Positions 1-10,075 of a stretch of DNA of 64,000 bases are shown here, piece after piece. How positions within the stretch are numbered: position 1 is the first letter of the stretch; each line of letters begins with the position of its first letter. The notes under the pieces were generated by a model. It did not search any database, was not told the DNA's origin, and saw only the letters and a program-made list of their open reading frames with translations. The stretch is from Selaginella moellendorffii. Taxonomy: Eukaryota; Plantae; Lycopodiophyta. The translations under genes and the position numbers were made by a program. The stretch covers positions 937,183 to 1,001,182 of the forward strand of contig NW_003314317.1 in assembly GCF_000143415.4 (NCBI RefSeq). The letters are read 5' to 3'.

Positions 1-310
1 CCTCCTCACTGCGGTAGAGATTGAGGCTTGGATCACCGAAGCTCGTGAACTGGACGCAGTAGAAGGGCGGGCGAGAATCCGGCCAGTCGGTGTCCTTGCC
101 GATGCGCAGGCCAAAGATCTCTTGCGCCCTGAGCTTCTTCCAGGGATTACACCTGTGCAGCGCTGCCGCTGCCCGGAACACCGATTTGAGGAATGCGGTG
201 CCCAGCCCCTCGATCCTGACCAGGCTGCCGCCATAGCCGCGGCCCAGCCCTGGCCCGACGCCGAAATGCTGCTGGAAGGCGTCGAAGAGCTCCCGGAGGT
301 GCGCGTCCAT
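1..310 (-). CDS. 5' part of a plant MYND zinc-finger family protein (ZMYND15-like); continues off the window edge
   Basis: Manual translation from ATG 310: MDAHLRELFDAFQQHFGVGPGLGRGYGGSLVRIEGLGTAFLKSVFRAAAALHRCNPWKKLRAQEIFGLRIGKDTDW..., open to base 1. It resembles the recalled N-terminus of this plant family; the MYND finger itself is outside the window. Confidence 0.7.
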   Translation of the reverse strand, partial: MDAHLRELFDAFQQHFGVGPGLGRGYGGSLVRIEGLGTAFLKSVFRAAAALHRCNPWKKLRAQEIFGLRIGKDTDWPDSRPPFYCVQFTSFGDPSLNLYRSEE

Positions 311-850
311 GGCCAGATCTCGCCGAGCTCCCTCCAGGAGCCGCGAAATCCCAGATCGCGCCTAGATCGCGCAGAGAACGCACCTGATTTCGCGAAATTT
401 GGGCCGATCCGTGGAAATGCTCGCCGGAGGATCAAATGTGGGCTGTGCCCTCGCCCGGATCCAGCGCGACTCACCTGGAAGGATATTCCAGAGATCCCAA
501 AAAATGGAAAAGATTTTTCTAGTGAAGTAAAAATCGTTCATGTTAATGTTAGGGGGGTGAAACGTTCGTACTGTCGGTTGTGAGGGGAGCCTGGGAATCC
601 TGCAATATAGACGACCAAACTTAATGAAGAATATGCGAATCGTTTAAGAGATATGAAAGATTATAAGTTTTTGTCTTTAACCTTGTCTAGAAGATTATTA
701 GTTGTCACCTGTCTTTAATAAATATTTTGGAGCTATGGAAACTCCAAAGATTATAAGCTATCGATCGTTCGAGTCCGTTGAATTTGTCGCATCCCAACTC
801 ACTGAGATTCATATGAGAATATCCCAAAAGAATCACCATCTTCTCGAAAG

Positions 851-922
851 TGAACCCAGCGTGATTCGAACACGCAACCTTCTGATCTGGAGTCAGACGC
901 GCTACCGTTGCGCCATGGATCC
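851..922 (-). tRNA. trnW: tRNA-Trp (CCA)
   Basis: Reverse complement GGATCCATGGCGCAACGGTAGCGCGTCTGACTCCAGATCAGAAGGTTGCGTGTTCGAATCACGCTGGGTTCA: 72 nt cloverleaf, CCA anticodon, GTTCGAATC T-loop. Confidence 0.96.
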
Positions 923-1136
923 CTCTCACGTGGAAGAACAGAATATTCTCATGGCAAACAGATTTTAGGTCTACCTTAAACTCGATCACCGCCCACAACT
1001 GACTTCGAAAGCGATGCTCCCCAATCCTCTACGTATACACTATCCAAGTCTCATCAGAATAATTTCTGATCACAAAGCCTTGCAGGCTCGTCAGATCTTA
1101 TCCCGAGGATGGATAAGAAAACTATCCATACATAAT

Positions 1137-1270
1137 ATTATCTTTCGTGCAAGGTGGAAACTTTGGTTCATGCACACAATCACGAAATTGAAACTTCCAC
1201 GTATATTATCTTTCGTGGACAAAATGAAAACTCTGGTCCATGCACACAATCACGAAGCTGAAACTTCTAG
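1137..1270. repeat. Imperfect tandem duplication of about 68 bp
   Basis: attatctttcgtg...catgcacacaatcacgaa..tgaaacttc occurs twice (about 1137-1198 and 1206-1268). Confidence 0.8.
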
Positions 1271-1415
1271 TGCCATGAACTGGCCTGAAATTCCTCAATC
1301 CCAATGTAATGTTTCTATCTATCTAAACAATCAAATGGCCTGGTCGTGCCAGACAAAGAAAAAGAGAAGCCTTTGGTATCGGTATATTCACAAAAATATT
1401 CTCACACATTCTTTC

Positions 1416-2618
1416 TCAAAGCTCTATTGAGCAAGCCGCTTGCACGACCCCGCGAAACTCGTCGCCGCCATCGCCCAGCACGTCCACCCAGGTGGTGGCG
1501 GAATCTTTGGAATCACTCACGGAATCTCGACGATCCCGACGATCTGGCGGGGCGAATCCGGCGAGCACACCCCTCTCGTCCTGCCCGAGAACCACGACAC
1601 CGCCGCCACTAATGCCCGCGCACGCCGCCACCGCCTTGCCACAATTAGCCGGCAATTGCCCCACCCTCCTGGAGCAGCGATTCGTCGCGTTGCGCGGATG
1701 ATCGCAGCAATCCAGCCTCCAGATCTCGCCGCTGGAGCGCGAGCAGCAGTAGACGATCGAATCGCCGGCGCCCACGAAGAGATTCGTGCCGTCCCTGTGC
1801 GAAACCAAGGAGTCGTCGATGAGGTCCTCGGCGCGCGACCACTTCCCCGTGGCGGGATCCAAGAACTCGGCGCTGCGGCTGAATTCGCCCTGGGAATCGC
1901 TGCCATAGCCGCTGACGACGCCGAATTTGGGACCCAATCGCTGCGACGACCGATCGATCGCGATGCCCCTGCTCTCGTCGCGCTCCTGTGTCATGTCCGG
2001 CATGGGCTCCCAGCGATCCTCGCGGACGAGGTAGCGATCGCAGCTGCGCAGCGCGTTCTTGCTCTCGTCGTGCCCGCCCGCGACGAAGATGGAGTCGTCG
2101 CCCACCGCGCAGCACGCGAAGAAGGATCTGGCGGCGCCGGGCATGTCGGATCCCCTGCTCCAGGCGCCGCGCGAGAAATCAAACACGAAGACGCTCCTCA
2201 TCGCCTGGAAGGAGCTGGGATTCCAGCCCCCGACGATGAAGAGCTTCGATTCCACCGCCGCGATGCCGGAGAAGAGGGGGATCCCGCCATGATCGCCGAG
2301 CTCCGGGATGGGCGGAATTCTCTCCCAGGATCGCGAGCTGGGGTAGTAGAGACTGAGCCCAAATGGCGGCAGGGCACCCTTTGGTGGCTGCTGTTCTTCC
2401 GGAGATTTGGGAGATTTATGGGCTTGCGCGACGACGATCGCGGAACGGGTAGTGGCACATTTCTTGCGCAGCGCGTAGAAATCCGGGCTGGCGATGAGGC
2501 TCTCCCACTCGCGGCACACGCGCTGCATTTGGGGATGGCTGGTGTGAGGAACACGAACCAGGCAGTGGAGCGCGACGTCGAAAGGGAGGCCCGGGATGAG
2601 TTCTTGCAAAGGCGCCAT
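1416..2618 (-). CDS. F-box/kelch-repeat protein (KFB/KMD-like), intronless
   Basis: N-terminal F-box LIPGLPFDVALHCLVRVP; kelch repeats (LFIVGGW, RSFFAC, IFVAGGHDESKNALRS, W..MPDM..ERDE). Confidence 0.93.
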   Translation of the reverse strand: MAPLQELIPGLPFDVALHCLVRVPHTSHPQMQRVCREWESLIASPDFYALRKKCATTRSAIVVAQAHKSPKSPEEQQPPKGALPPFGLSLYYPSSRSWERIPPIPELGDHGGIPLFSGIAAVESKLFIVGGWNPSSFQAMRSVFVFDFSRGAWSRGSDMPGAARSFFACCAVGDDSIFVAGGHDESKNALRSCDRYLVREDRWEPMPDMTQERDESRGIAIDRSSQRLGPKFGVVSGYGSDSQGEFSRSAEFLDPATGKWSRAEDLIDDSLVSHRDGTNLFVGAGDSIVYCCSRSSGEIWRLDCCDHPRNATNRCSRRVGQLPANCGKAVAACAGISGGGVVVLGQDERGVLAGFAPPDRRDRRDSVSDSKDSATTWVDVLGDGGDEFRGVVQAACSIEL

Positions 2619-2964
2619 TTGGAACTTGGCGATCAGATTGCGAGAAATTGATCGAGACCCAGATGAGAAGCGATCGAATGCTTCGTGCCCAGTGGATTTC
2701 TTATACCTGGCACTGCTCGAATCGGGAGATCACACGAAGCTAGAATGGAAACAAAGCTCTATCCTCTTCCCTGCTGAAGCAACTAGGGAGAAATCGCGGT
2801 GGGTCGATCGATCCAAGTCAATTGCATCGAATCTCTCACCCAGGAAAGACTGTTCTTCGGCGAGAATGCGACGCTTATAAGCAAAGCGCGAACTCGAGTC
2901 AAGCACGGCAATGAAAACCCTATTTATGCCCCCCTTTCGCCACCTCACCGCACGGCCGCCGCGC

Positions 2965-3180
2965 TGGCAGACACGTCGATCAGCCCGCTTGCGTCACACG
3001 CATCTGGCGGTCGGAATCTATGCACTCACCCACGTGGCAAGTGGATTTACGGTTACATTTTCTCGCCGGCTCCACGTGGTCGGCTCCGCGTGACGTGGCG
3101 CAGGCCTCGCCAATAACCGCCAAAGCTGCCGCAATACGTGGCATGGGAACATGGCCGGCGCATGTGCATGCATGTCCATG
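2965..3180. promoter_or_regulatory. G-box/ABRE cluster with an RY-like element upstream of the F-box/kelch gene
   Basis: CACGTG at 3031 and 3073, TGACGTGGC at 3091, TACGTGGC at 3135, CATGCATG at 3167. Confidence 0.55.
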
Positions 3181-3769
3181 GAAGCTTCCATATTGTTTTG
3201 TACCATGGAAAATTCGCAAAAGAACTCCGACTTGATCTTGTCTATGGTTTGTGGTCCAATGGCCTTTTGCTTTCAGTTGGCTTGACCACTGGAAAATCGC
3301 TCTCTCTTCCATTTCTTCCCAAAACTTGTCTAACAAATTGATATTTTCCTTCCAAGGGAAGAATCTCTCGAGAATAAAAGGTGGCGGGATCAAGCAACAA
3401 CCAGTACAAAACGTCCTTCCTCGCCTGCATCATCACGCTGCATGATTCCAGAGATATCTGACACACTGCCTGATGAAACACGTCAGTGTCGCGGAAAGCT
3501 CTATCCATACAGCTGAAAACAAATAACAAAGAACAGGTGAAAAAGAGCTCTTCTAGAAACGCTATTTCCTCAATCAATCCAATCCAACGAGGACTTCTAG
3601 AAACCATGGGTCAAGCAAAAGCAAGGATAATTGAGGCAAAGGAAGGCAATCAAGTATTGGCACAAAGGAGAAAAAATAAAGACACAATGGTCCTACCAAG
3701 AGCAAAGATCGAGAAATCACTATCAAGGGAGAAAAGAGCACACAATGATACTTCGATACAATACCCCCA

Positions 3770-3945
3770 ACTTGGCAGCTTTACCTCTGGCTAGTGGACA
3801 TGTTTCTTCCGGCCAACTTGTTTTTGTCCCTGGATGATCACTCATCCACGCGCAATTCTTTTTTTCACTAGCGAGCGATGCTTCAGCCTATACAAAAGCC
3901 AAGCGTGTCACGAGAAAGGAATTTTACCAGGCCACGCAAGGCACG
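3770..3945 (-). pseudogene. Degenerate duplicate of the RRS1 last exon and part of its preceding intron
   Basis: ttggca(g/t)ctttacctctggc, tttcttccggcca.cttgttttt.tccctggatg and cagccta.acaaaagccaagc...ccaggccacg.aaggc all match 4275-4515. Confidence 0.75.
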
Positions 3946-4270
3946 GCAGTGGGAGAAATCGAATCCACTCTAGCTTGCAACGTCATGGGAGATAACTTTG
4001 TCCGGGACCTTATCTATCGGAGAGAAGCTGATCTGTTAATCTGCAAGTTTCCAAAGGTGATTCCAGGCAGTGGAGGATCAAAAACCATCCTGTCTATTTC
4101 CACCACTCACTAGACGTTTTCGGAGGAGCTGGATACATGGTGGCCGCGACTGTTGCCAGGCTCTTTCACGGTGATCTGGAAAAAAAGCTGTTAATTTTCG
4201 ACAACTTTTCATCTCGTCACATACCCTGTCGATACTTTGGCGATAGAGTCCAGCGCATCCGTCCTCAGTC

Positions 4271-5770
4271 CTATTTGGCATCTTTACCTCTGGCGAACTT
4301 GGAGCCTTTAGAGGTTTTGTTTCTTCCGGCCAGCTTGTTTTTATCCCTGGATGGCCCCTTTGTACCGCCGCCACGCCCGAATTTCTTTTTACTGTGGCCA
4401 CCATTAGCGATGTTTTGACGCTCGCGTTGGCTCTGCTGCGATGTGTTGTAGCTGCTAACAGCCTACACAAAAGCCAAGCACGCCGTGAGAGAAGTTCGCC
4501 AGGCCACGAAAGGCGAAAATCAAATCGCTCACCTTGTTCACATCAACAATCTCCTGATTGTGACGGGAGAGCACTTTGTCCAGAATCTTATCGGACTGTT
4601 GTTTCTCCTCTTTGGAGGATCCAACGACTGGAAGGAACTGTATTACACATTTTTTATGCGTTAAGAACAAAGAATAACAGAAGGGAAAAGGGAGAACAGA
4701 AATCTCACCTTTCGATGCTTTCCTGCGTGTTTTGCCGGCTTTTCACCCTCCAGCTTACGATCAAACTTGCCTACGCTGGCCGTAGCAGTACTTGCGTGTC
4801 CAGCAATCTCGCCGAGTTCATCTTTCGTGAGTTTCTTTGGAACTTGCGCGGAGCCGGTTATAGGCAAAGCCATCGTCGACAATTGGACAGTACTAATGAT
4901 CAAAACAACAATCAGACGATGTGGTTTGAGACTAATAATATTTACCTCGGGAGCGCAGATTTTCCGGCAACTTTGAGCGTGTGTTTCAAGTTCTGGAGAC
5001 GATTCTTCTCTTGCTTTTCAATGCGTGCCTTCTTTTCTTTCTTCATGTTTGAGAATGGATCTTCTCCAGGTTCTGCATAACCCAGAGAGACAAATGCGCT
5101 AAGTGAAACCAAATATGGAAACAAAAGCCACTTACCATCAGTGCTCTTGGCCTCAATTACAGGTATGTCTCGCTCATCTGCAACTCTTTTATAACCATAC
5201 CGCCTTCTCCATTCCCCAGCGTCTTCATCAAAATCTAGCTTGCTGCGTTTCCTCTTCTTTATACCTGGGGAAATAAAATAAAAATCCTTGTATACACAAA
5301 TCCAAAGAGACCACACAAGATAGATACCTTTGCTCTGTGCGAATTGCTCCCATTTCGTGGGTGGCCGCGGCTTCGGGAGCTACAAGGACAAATCCAAAAT
5401 GAATGAGAAGGAGAAAAAAGAAAGAATTTCTACTCACAGGTTTTTCTCTAGGAAGCTTTGTTGTGGGAGGAGGCAAGATCACGAGACGCCCATACTTATC
5501 CGCCTCAGAAGGCATGTTAAACAGCTTCTCTGCCAGCGCTTGAATGGCTCGAGCGCCCTTTCGGAGGCATTGCTCGTCATAATCATCGCTAGAAATCATC
5601 CACAAGAAGAAAAATGTAGCTCCATCCGAGCGAGAAGAAAATCGTCCCTACCTGGAAGTCGACGCCTCCTCGATTCCTGGATCAGTAGCGTCGAAGACGA
5701 GCAGATTGCCGATGTCCATGCGCAATCCGGACAGGGAATCCATCCCCGCGCCTTCTTCCTCGGCCGCCAT
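4271..5770 (-). CDS. RRS1: Ribosome biogenesis regulatory protein RRS1 (multi-exon)
   Basis: Spliced model [28 protein letters not shown]...[13 protein letters not shown]...[27 protein letters not shown]...[19 protein letters not shown]...KFARGKDAK*, using GT-AG introns; telo-box-like AAACCCTA just upstream. Confidence 0.92.
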
Positions 5771-5812
5771 CGCGGAAGAACTAAAACCCTAGAAACAAAA
5801 TCTCCAAGAACC

Positions 5813-6323
5813 CTAAATCTCTTTATTGCTGGATGGGTTTCTTCGAAAAATCTCTACTCCCAAATAATCTACGCTCCCTTTGACAGCAACGTGAGGCTTT
5901 CCCACTCTCACGCGAATGCTCGTCGCGGATGGAAATCTCTCAAACACGCCCTTTGCAATGCTCGCTGCCACGGCCTCCAAGAGAGAAAATGGTGGACCTT
6001 CTACCACAGCCTTGACGATCCTGGCACCAAAAAAATCGATTTTTGGGAGGAATTCTTCCAAGTTTCTACCTGTAGATCGCTCCATAGCTGATTGAATCCT
6101 CGATGTTGTCGCTGTTGCAAGCCTTGGACAAATCGGTCCACACATCCGCGTCCACCAGGAACTTTTGGCCCAATTTCTTCTCTTCGTCGTACACGCCGTG
6201 GTAGCCGTGGAAGATCATGCCACGAAGAATGAGCTTATCGCCATTTGGGTCACTGCCGCAAGAACACGCAAAAAAATTCGTTTTTTTCTGAGGGGAAAGA
6301 GATTTCCAAGCGTCATACCTCAT
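5813..6323 (-). CDS. FOLB: Dihydroneopterin aldolase (3 exons)
   Basis: ATG AG|T GAC gives MSDPNGDKLILRGMIFHGYHGVYDEEKKLGQKFLVD...ISYGAIYR|IVKAVVEGPPFSLLEAVA...RVGKPHVAVKGSVDYLGVEIFR, with the typical DHNA motifs. Confidence 0.94.
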
Positions 6324-6366
6324 CTCGTAGCACCGGGAGAACACTGCTGCTCCTTCGCCTAGGGCT

Positions 6367-7424
6367 CTAGAGCGACTTTAAGTAGGAGTTAAATGCCAAG
6401 TAAGGTGTTTTTGGTGCGTCGATCGTCCCAGTAAATCCAGGCTCGAGAACTTTTCGTTGCTCCAGATCGTATTTCTCATTGATCTTGTCCTGTGCAAGAA
6501 GTTCTCGCAATGGTGGCGGGGGCACCACTTCCGGTTTTATGATCTGGATTGCAAAAAGAAAAAGAAGTTATTTTCTGGCAAGAAAGAGGAAAGTTTTCAT
6601 CACCTTGACAGGAGGCCATTCGAAGTTTTTGAGCTGGGGGCAGTAGAGTTCTAGCCTGATCTTCTCTTTGTAAGAAGGATTAAGCGTGGTTATCACATCG
6701 CTCCAAAGCATCAGATCGACGAGCTCGTTGCATTGCTGGAGATCGAGCTCTTTCAAACCTCGAACTACAATGTGTGCTGTTTTCAAGTGGACGCATCGCG
6801 CTAGAGAGATTCTCTCGAGAGAATTCGACTGCGAAAGGTCACGCGCTGTGAGCAAAGTCTGCCGGAAAAGAACAATGAGAGAAGTTACCTCTATCAAAAC
6901 ATAGTTTAGAGCTGCACAGCACGATAAATCCAGTTCCTTGAGCGCTGGAGCAACAGTGTAAGGCGACATGACATACCTGGTCAAGAACTTGGCTCCCCGG
7001 AGCTCTAGTTTCTCCTGGAGATAGAACTTTGAGATGATCCCAGAGGACTCAAGAGGAACTTACGAGATTTGGGCGAGGAACGCTGAAGAGCTCGGTGATG
7101 AAAGGCTCGTCCACTCTGGAACTCCAGATGATAGATATCTACAACAAGAGTTGAGCTGCTAAGAACGAGGAAAGAAAAGCATAGAACTTACCAAGTTACA
7201 TGTCGCCAGCAAATTGAGACGAGTCTCGTTAAAGGCAGGCGAAACCACGGGGTCAGGAAGAGCTTCCAGCGGTCTCTCCCATTTTCCATTTCCAAGCGCC
7301 TAAGTGAAAACAAATGTGAGAAATCCATGGATCGATCAAATCGCAGTACCTTGATCCAGCCAGAGTCTGGCTTTGGTGCGGCGCCCTTCTTCTTCCCTTT
7401 GCCCTTGCCCTTCTTGGGCGCCAT
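6367..7424 (-). CDS. Uncharacterised leucine-rich-repeat protein with a basic MAPKKGKGKGKKK N-terminus (6 exons), possibly flagellar
   Basis: Exons join in frame at GT-AG sites: MAPKKGKGKGKKKGAAPKPDSGWIK|ALGNGKWERPLEALPDP..|ISIIWSSRVD..|EKLELRGAKFL..LKELDLSCCAALNYVLIE|SNSLERISLARCVHLK..LKELDLQQCNEL..|IIKPE..YLKSL* (TAG 6369-6367). Cys-containing LRRs. Confidence 0.75.
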
Positions 7425-7593
7425 AGCTGCCGCACCAAAGCTCTCGCACCGAATGGCGGGACGCAACGTTCGGATGGCCACATCCTTACCGTCAAAATTA
7501 GGGCTTGAGTCGTTTAAAATAAGTTTAACGGTTATAGATTTCCCCCAAGGGGCTTGTTCGAGCTCTCTATAGCAGCGAGATAGTAGCGTAAGC

Positions 7594-10050
7594 ACCACGT
7601 CGATGCTTGGTCTTCTCGGTGAGCTTCTTGGAATCGACCCTCAAGCCTCTCAAGGGGTCGGGTAAGGAATCGGGTTCACCGAGATCAAGGCTTCACGAAT
7701 CCAGTTCCATGCTTACGTGACGGATTGTACCTTTGAAGTTTTCGAAGTCAACCAAAGTCTTGCTCTACTGCTCCAGTCTGCTGCCGACAAAGCTCTTCTT
7801 GGTTCCTGGGATCGCATCCTCAGTTTCTAAACCTCTCGTGGTGACCCCAGCATGAACTTGTCGACCATCTTCGAATCTACAAAGGTAGTGAGCTCCATCT
7901 TCCTGTAGAGATCGAGCACCTCGTCGTACACACTATGTTGGACACAGACTGAGAGCATGGCTTTCCAAGTAACAATATCCTTCCCCTGGATTTCTTAAAA
8001 GACCTCCCTTGTGTCTTTCAGGCTACTGCCCTTCCTATGTTCAGTAGTGCTGTCCTGACAATGAGATCGTTCTCAAAGCCGTTCCCAGTGAGCTGCAAGT
8101 GAATAAGTTCCTTGCAAAGCATTCCTTTTCAGCGGTTGAGAATGGTGACAAAGGTGACGTACACTCTTGGCTTGGGGTAATTTTCCTTAAGAAAAATTAG
8201 ACCTCATGTGAGAAATTGTTCATTATATTTACATGAAAAATTATATTCAGATGATAATTTACACCACACACCTCATTCTAATCTTGAAAATGGTAAATTC
8301 ATAGATGAAAAACATGTAAATATTTATTCTTGTGTAAGGATTATTATAAATGATGATGGACGGGAAGAAAGCCATTGTAGGCTTTGTTTGAAATATTACT
8401 TTTCAAGAGATTTTATTTTATTTTTAAAGAACTAGTATGATGTAGATTGTGTTTGGCGAAGCATGTAGGAATACAGTTTCCTCATAATTCATTTTAATAC
8501 TACTTATGTCATTGAATGCTTATAAAAATGGGTGAAGTGATATATTTTGCATGGTAAATATATGTATAAATTAATGACTTTGTTATGGCTTTGGTTAATT
8601 CATTTCATAAATTATTATTTGAAGGTTTTTCTTGCAAGGAGTATTACAAGCATACTAAGGAAGTTTGCACTTCAGGAACATATCTCATTCAAGGATATAA
8701 GCCTTCTTGACAAGTTACAGATATGCTTGTAATCTGAAGAAAATCTTTCTGCTTTTTTATGCTATAAAATGCAAGTGCAACAATTCTGAAAGTTGGTATG
8801 TAGCTGATATATCTTTTATGAAGTGCAATTATGGGGATTCAGACTTTTATACAATCACATCCATGCTATGCAAAACATTTAAAGGCTATTAGCACGTATT
8901 GAAGTTGGAGAATTAGTGAGACGACATTTGATCTTTGAGCATATATCAAATCAAGCAAGAAAAATAATAAGTTACACTTCTTTATGGAAAAGAGTTGACT
9001 GAAAATGTTTTTTATGCTAGATTTACCTAGAAGTGCTTGAAGTTGAGAAAACATCTTCTAGAAGTAAAAATTTGAAATGTTAATTAGTTGGTCTTGTTAT
9101 CTTTTTAATTTCTCTAAAGAAGGAAAGACATAAGAAGCCCAATCCTTGTCCTGAGCTTTTTGAAATATATGGACCAAGGTTTATAACCTAAAGAAACATA
9201 TAAGTGACAAATTATCTTAATGTAGCAATGGTCGATGTCAAATTATGCACACAAGACAAATTAACCATATAGCTGTTTTTACTGATAAATTCTTTTGTGA
9301 CATATGCAACTAGTGACAAGTTATATAAACATGAAAAATTGCAAAACTTTATCCACACACTTCTTTTAAACTTCTACTTCATATCCATAATAAACTCCAT
9401 GAACTCTCTAGAATATACAGATTTTATTTATATAATTATTTGGACAATACATTTTTATTAAGTACACTTCCTTTAAAAGATTTATAGAGACTTTGCAATA
9501 GGAGAAATCATTCAGCAAGAATGGTATTAATGGTCAATTGTGACATTCAATCTGATGATTGTTAAAATGTGTTTACAATTTGGATGCAAGTAAATATAAC
9601 TATACAGTTTTGAGCCATCATCCCATGTGACTCCCTTCAAGAGCAAATCCAAGCCTTTTCAAAAGAATTTATCACTTTCTATAATACATTCACTAAGAAA
9701 TGTACCTGGTTTGGATTCTCCTCATTTGTGGCTATGGTGATTACTGTTAAGCTTGTTGTTGGCCTATAGCTAGGCTTTCCTTCTCCTCCAGTGTTTTTCC
9801 AACTCTGGGATCAAAAGCACAATTAAAAACCGGGGCTAAACCGTATGGTTCGGTTTAAACATATTTTGTCATGTGGTATATTTGATATATAAATATAATT
9901 TACATGCCAAGATCATAGGAAGCGTCCTGCAAAACCATCTCGTCAAACATTTTCTGCGCATTCCTATGAGATGGTTGCCCAGTAATCTGTCCTGCTCCTG
10001 CCCGCTATCATATCTTCCTGGAGAGCCTTAATAACTACTATCCGTTTCGT
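7594..10050 (-). pseudogene. Heavily deleted tandem copy of the PPR plus kinase unit, interrupted by an AT-rich insertion
   Basis: 7594-7805 matches about 11537-11876 (kinase N-terminal region, spacer and PPR end). 7810-8174 matches 12728-13158. 9906-10030 matches 13211-13395. Confidence 0.88.
8175..9905. mobile_element. AT-rich 1.7 kb insertion, probably a decayed transposon
   Basis: Homology to the PPR gene stops at 8174 and resumes at 9906. The insert is AT-rich with no long ORF; a weak EKSFSK (hAT-like ERSFS) relic lies near 9502. No clear TIR or TSD. Confidence 0.5.
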
Positions 10051-10075
10051 GTAGACAATATATTTCCCCCTTGAG

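Noticed and set aside
1440-2651. 403-aa plus-strand ORF
   Set aside because: Antisense shadow of the GC-rich F-box/kelch CDS; no recognisable motifs.
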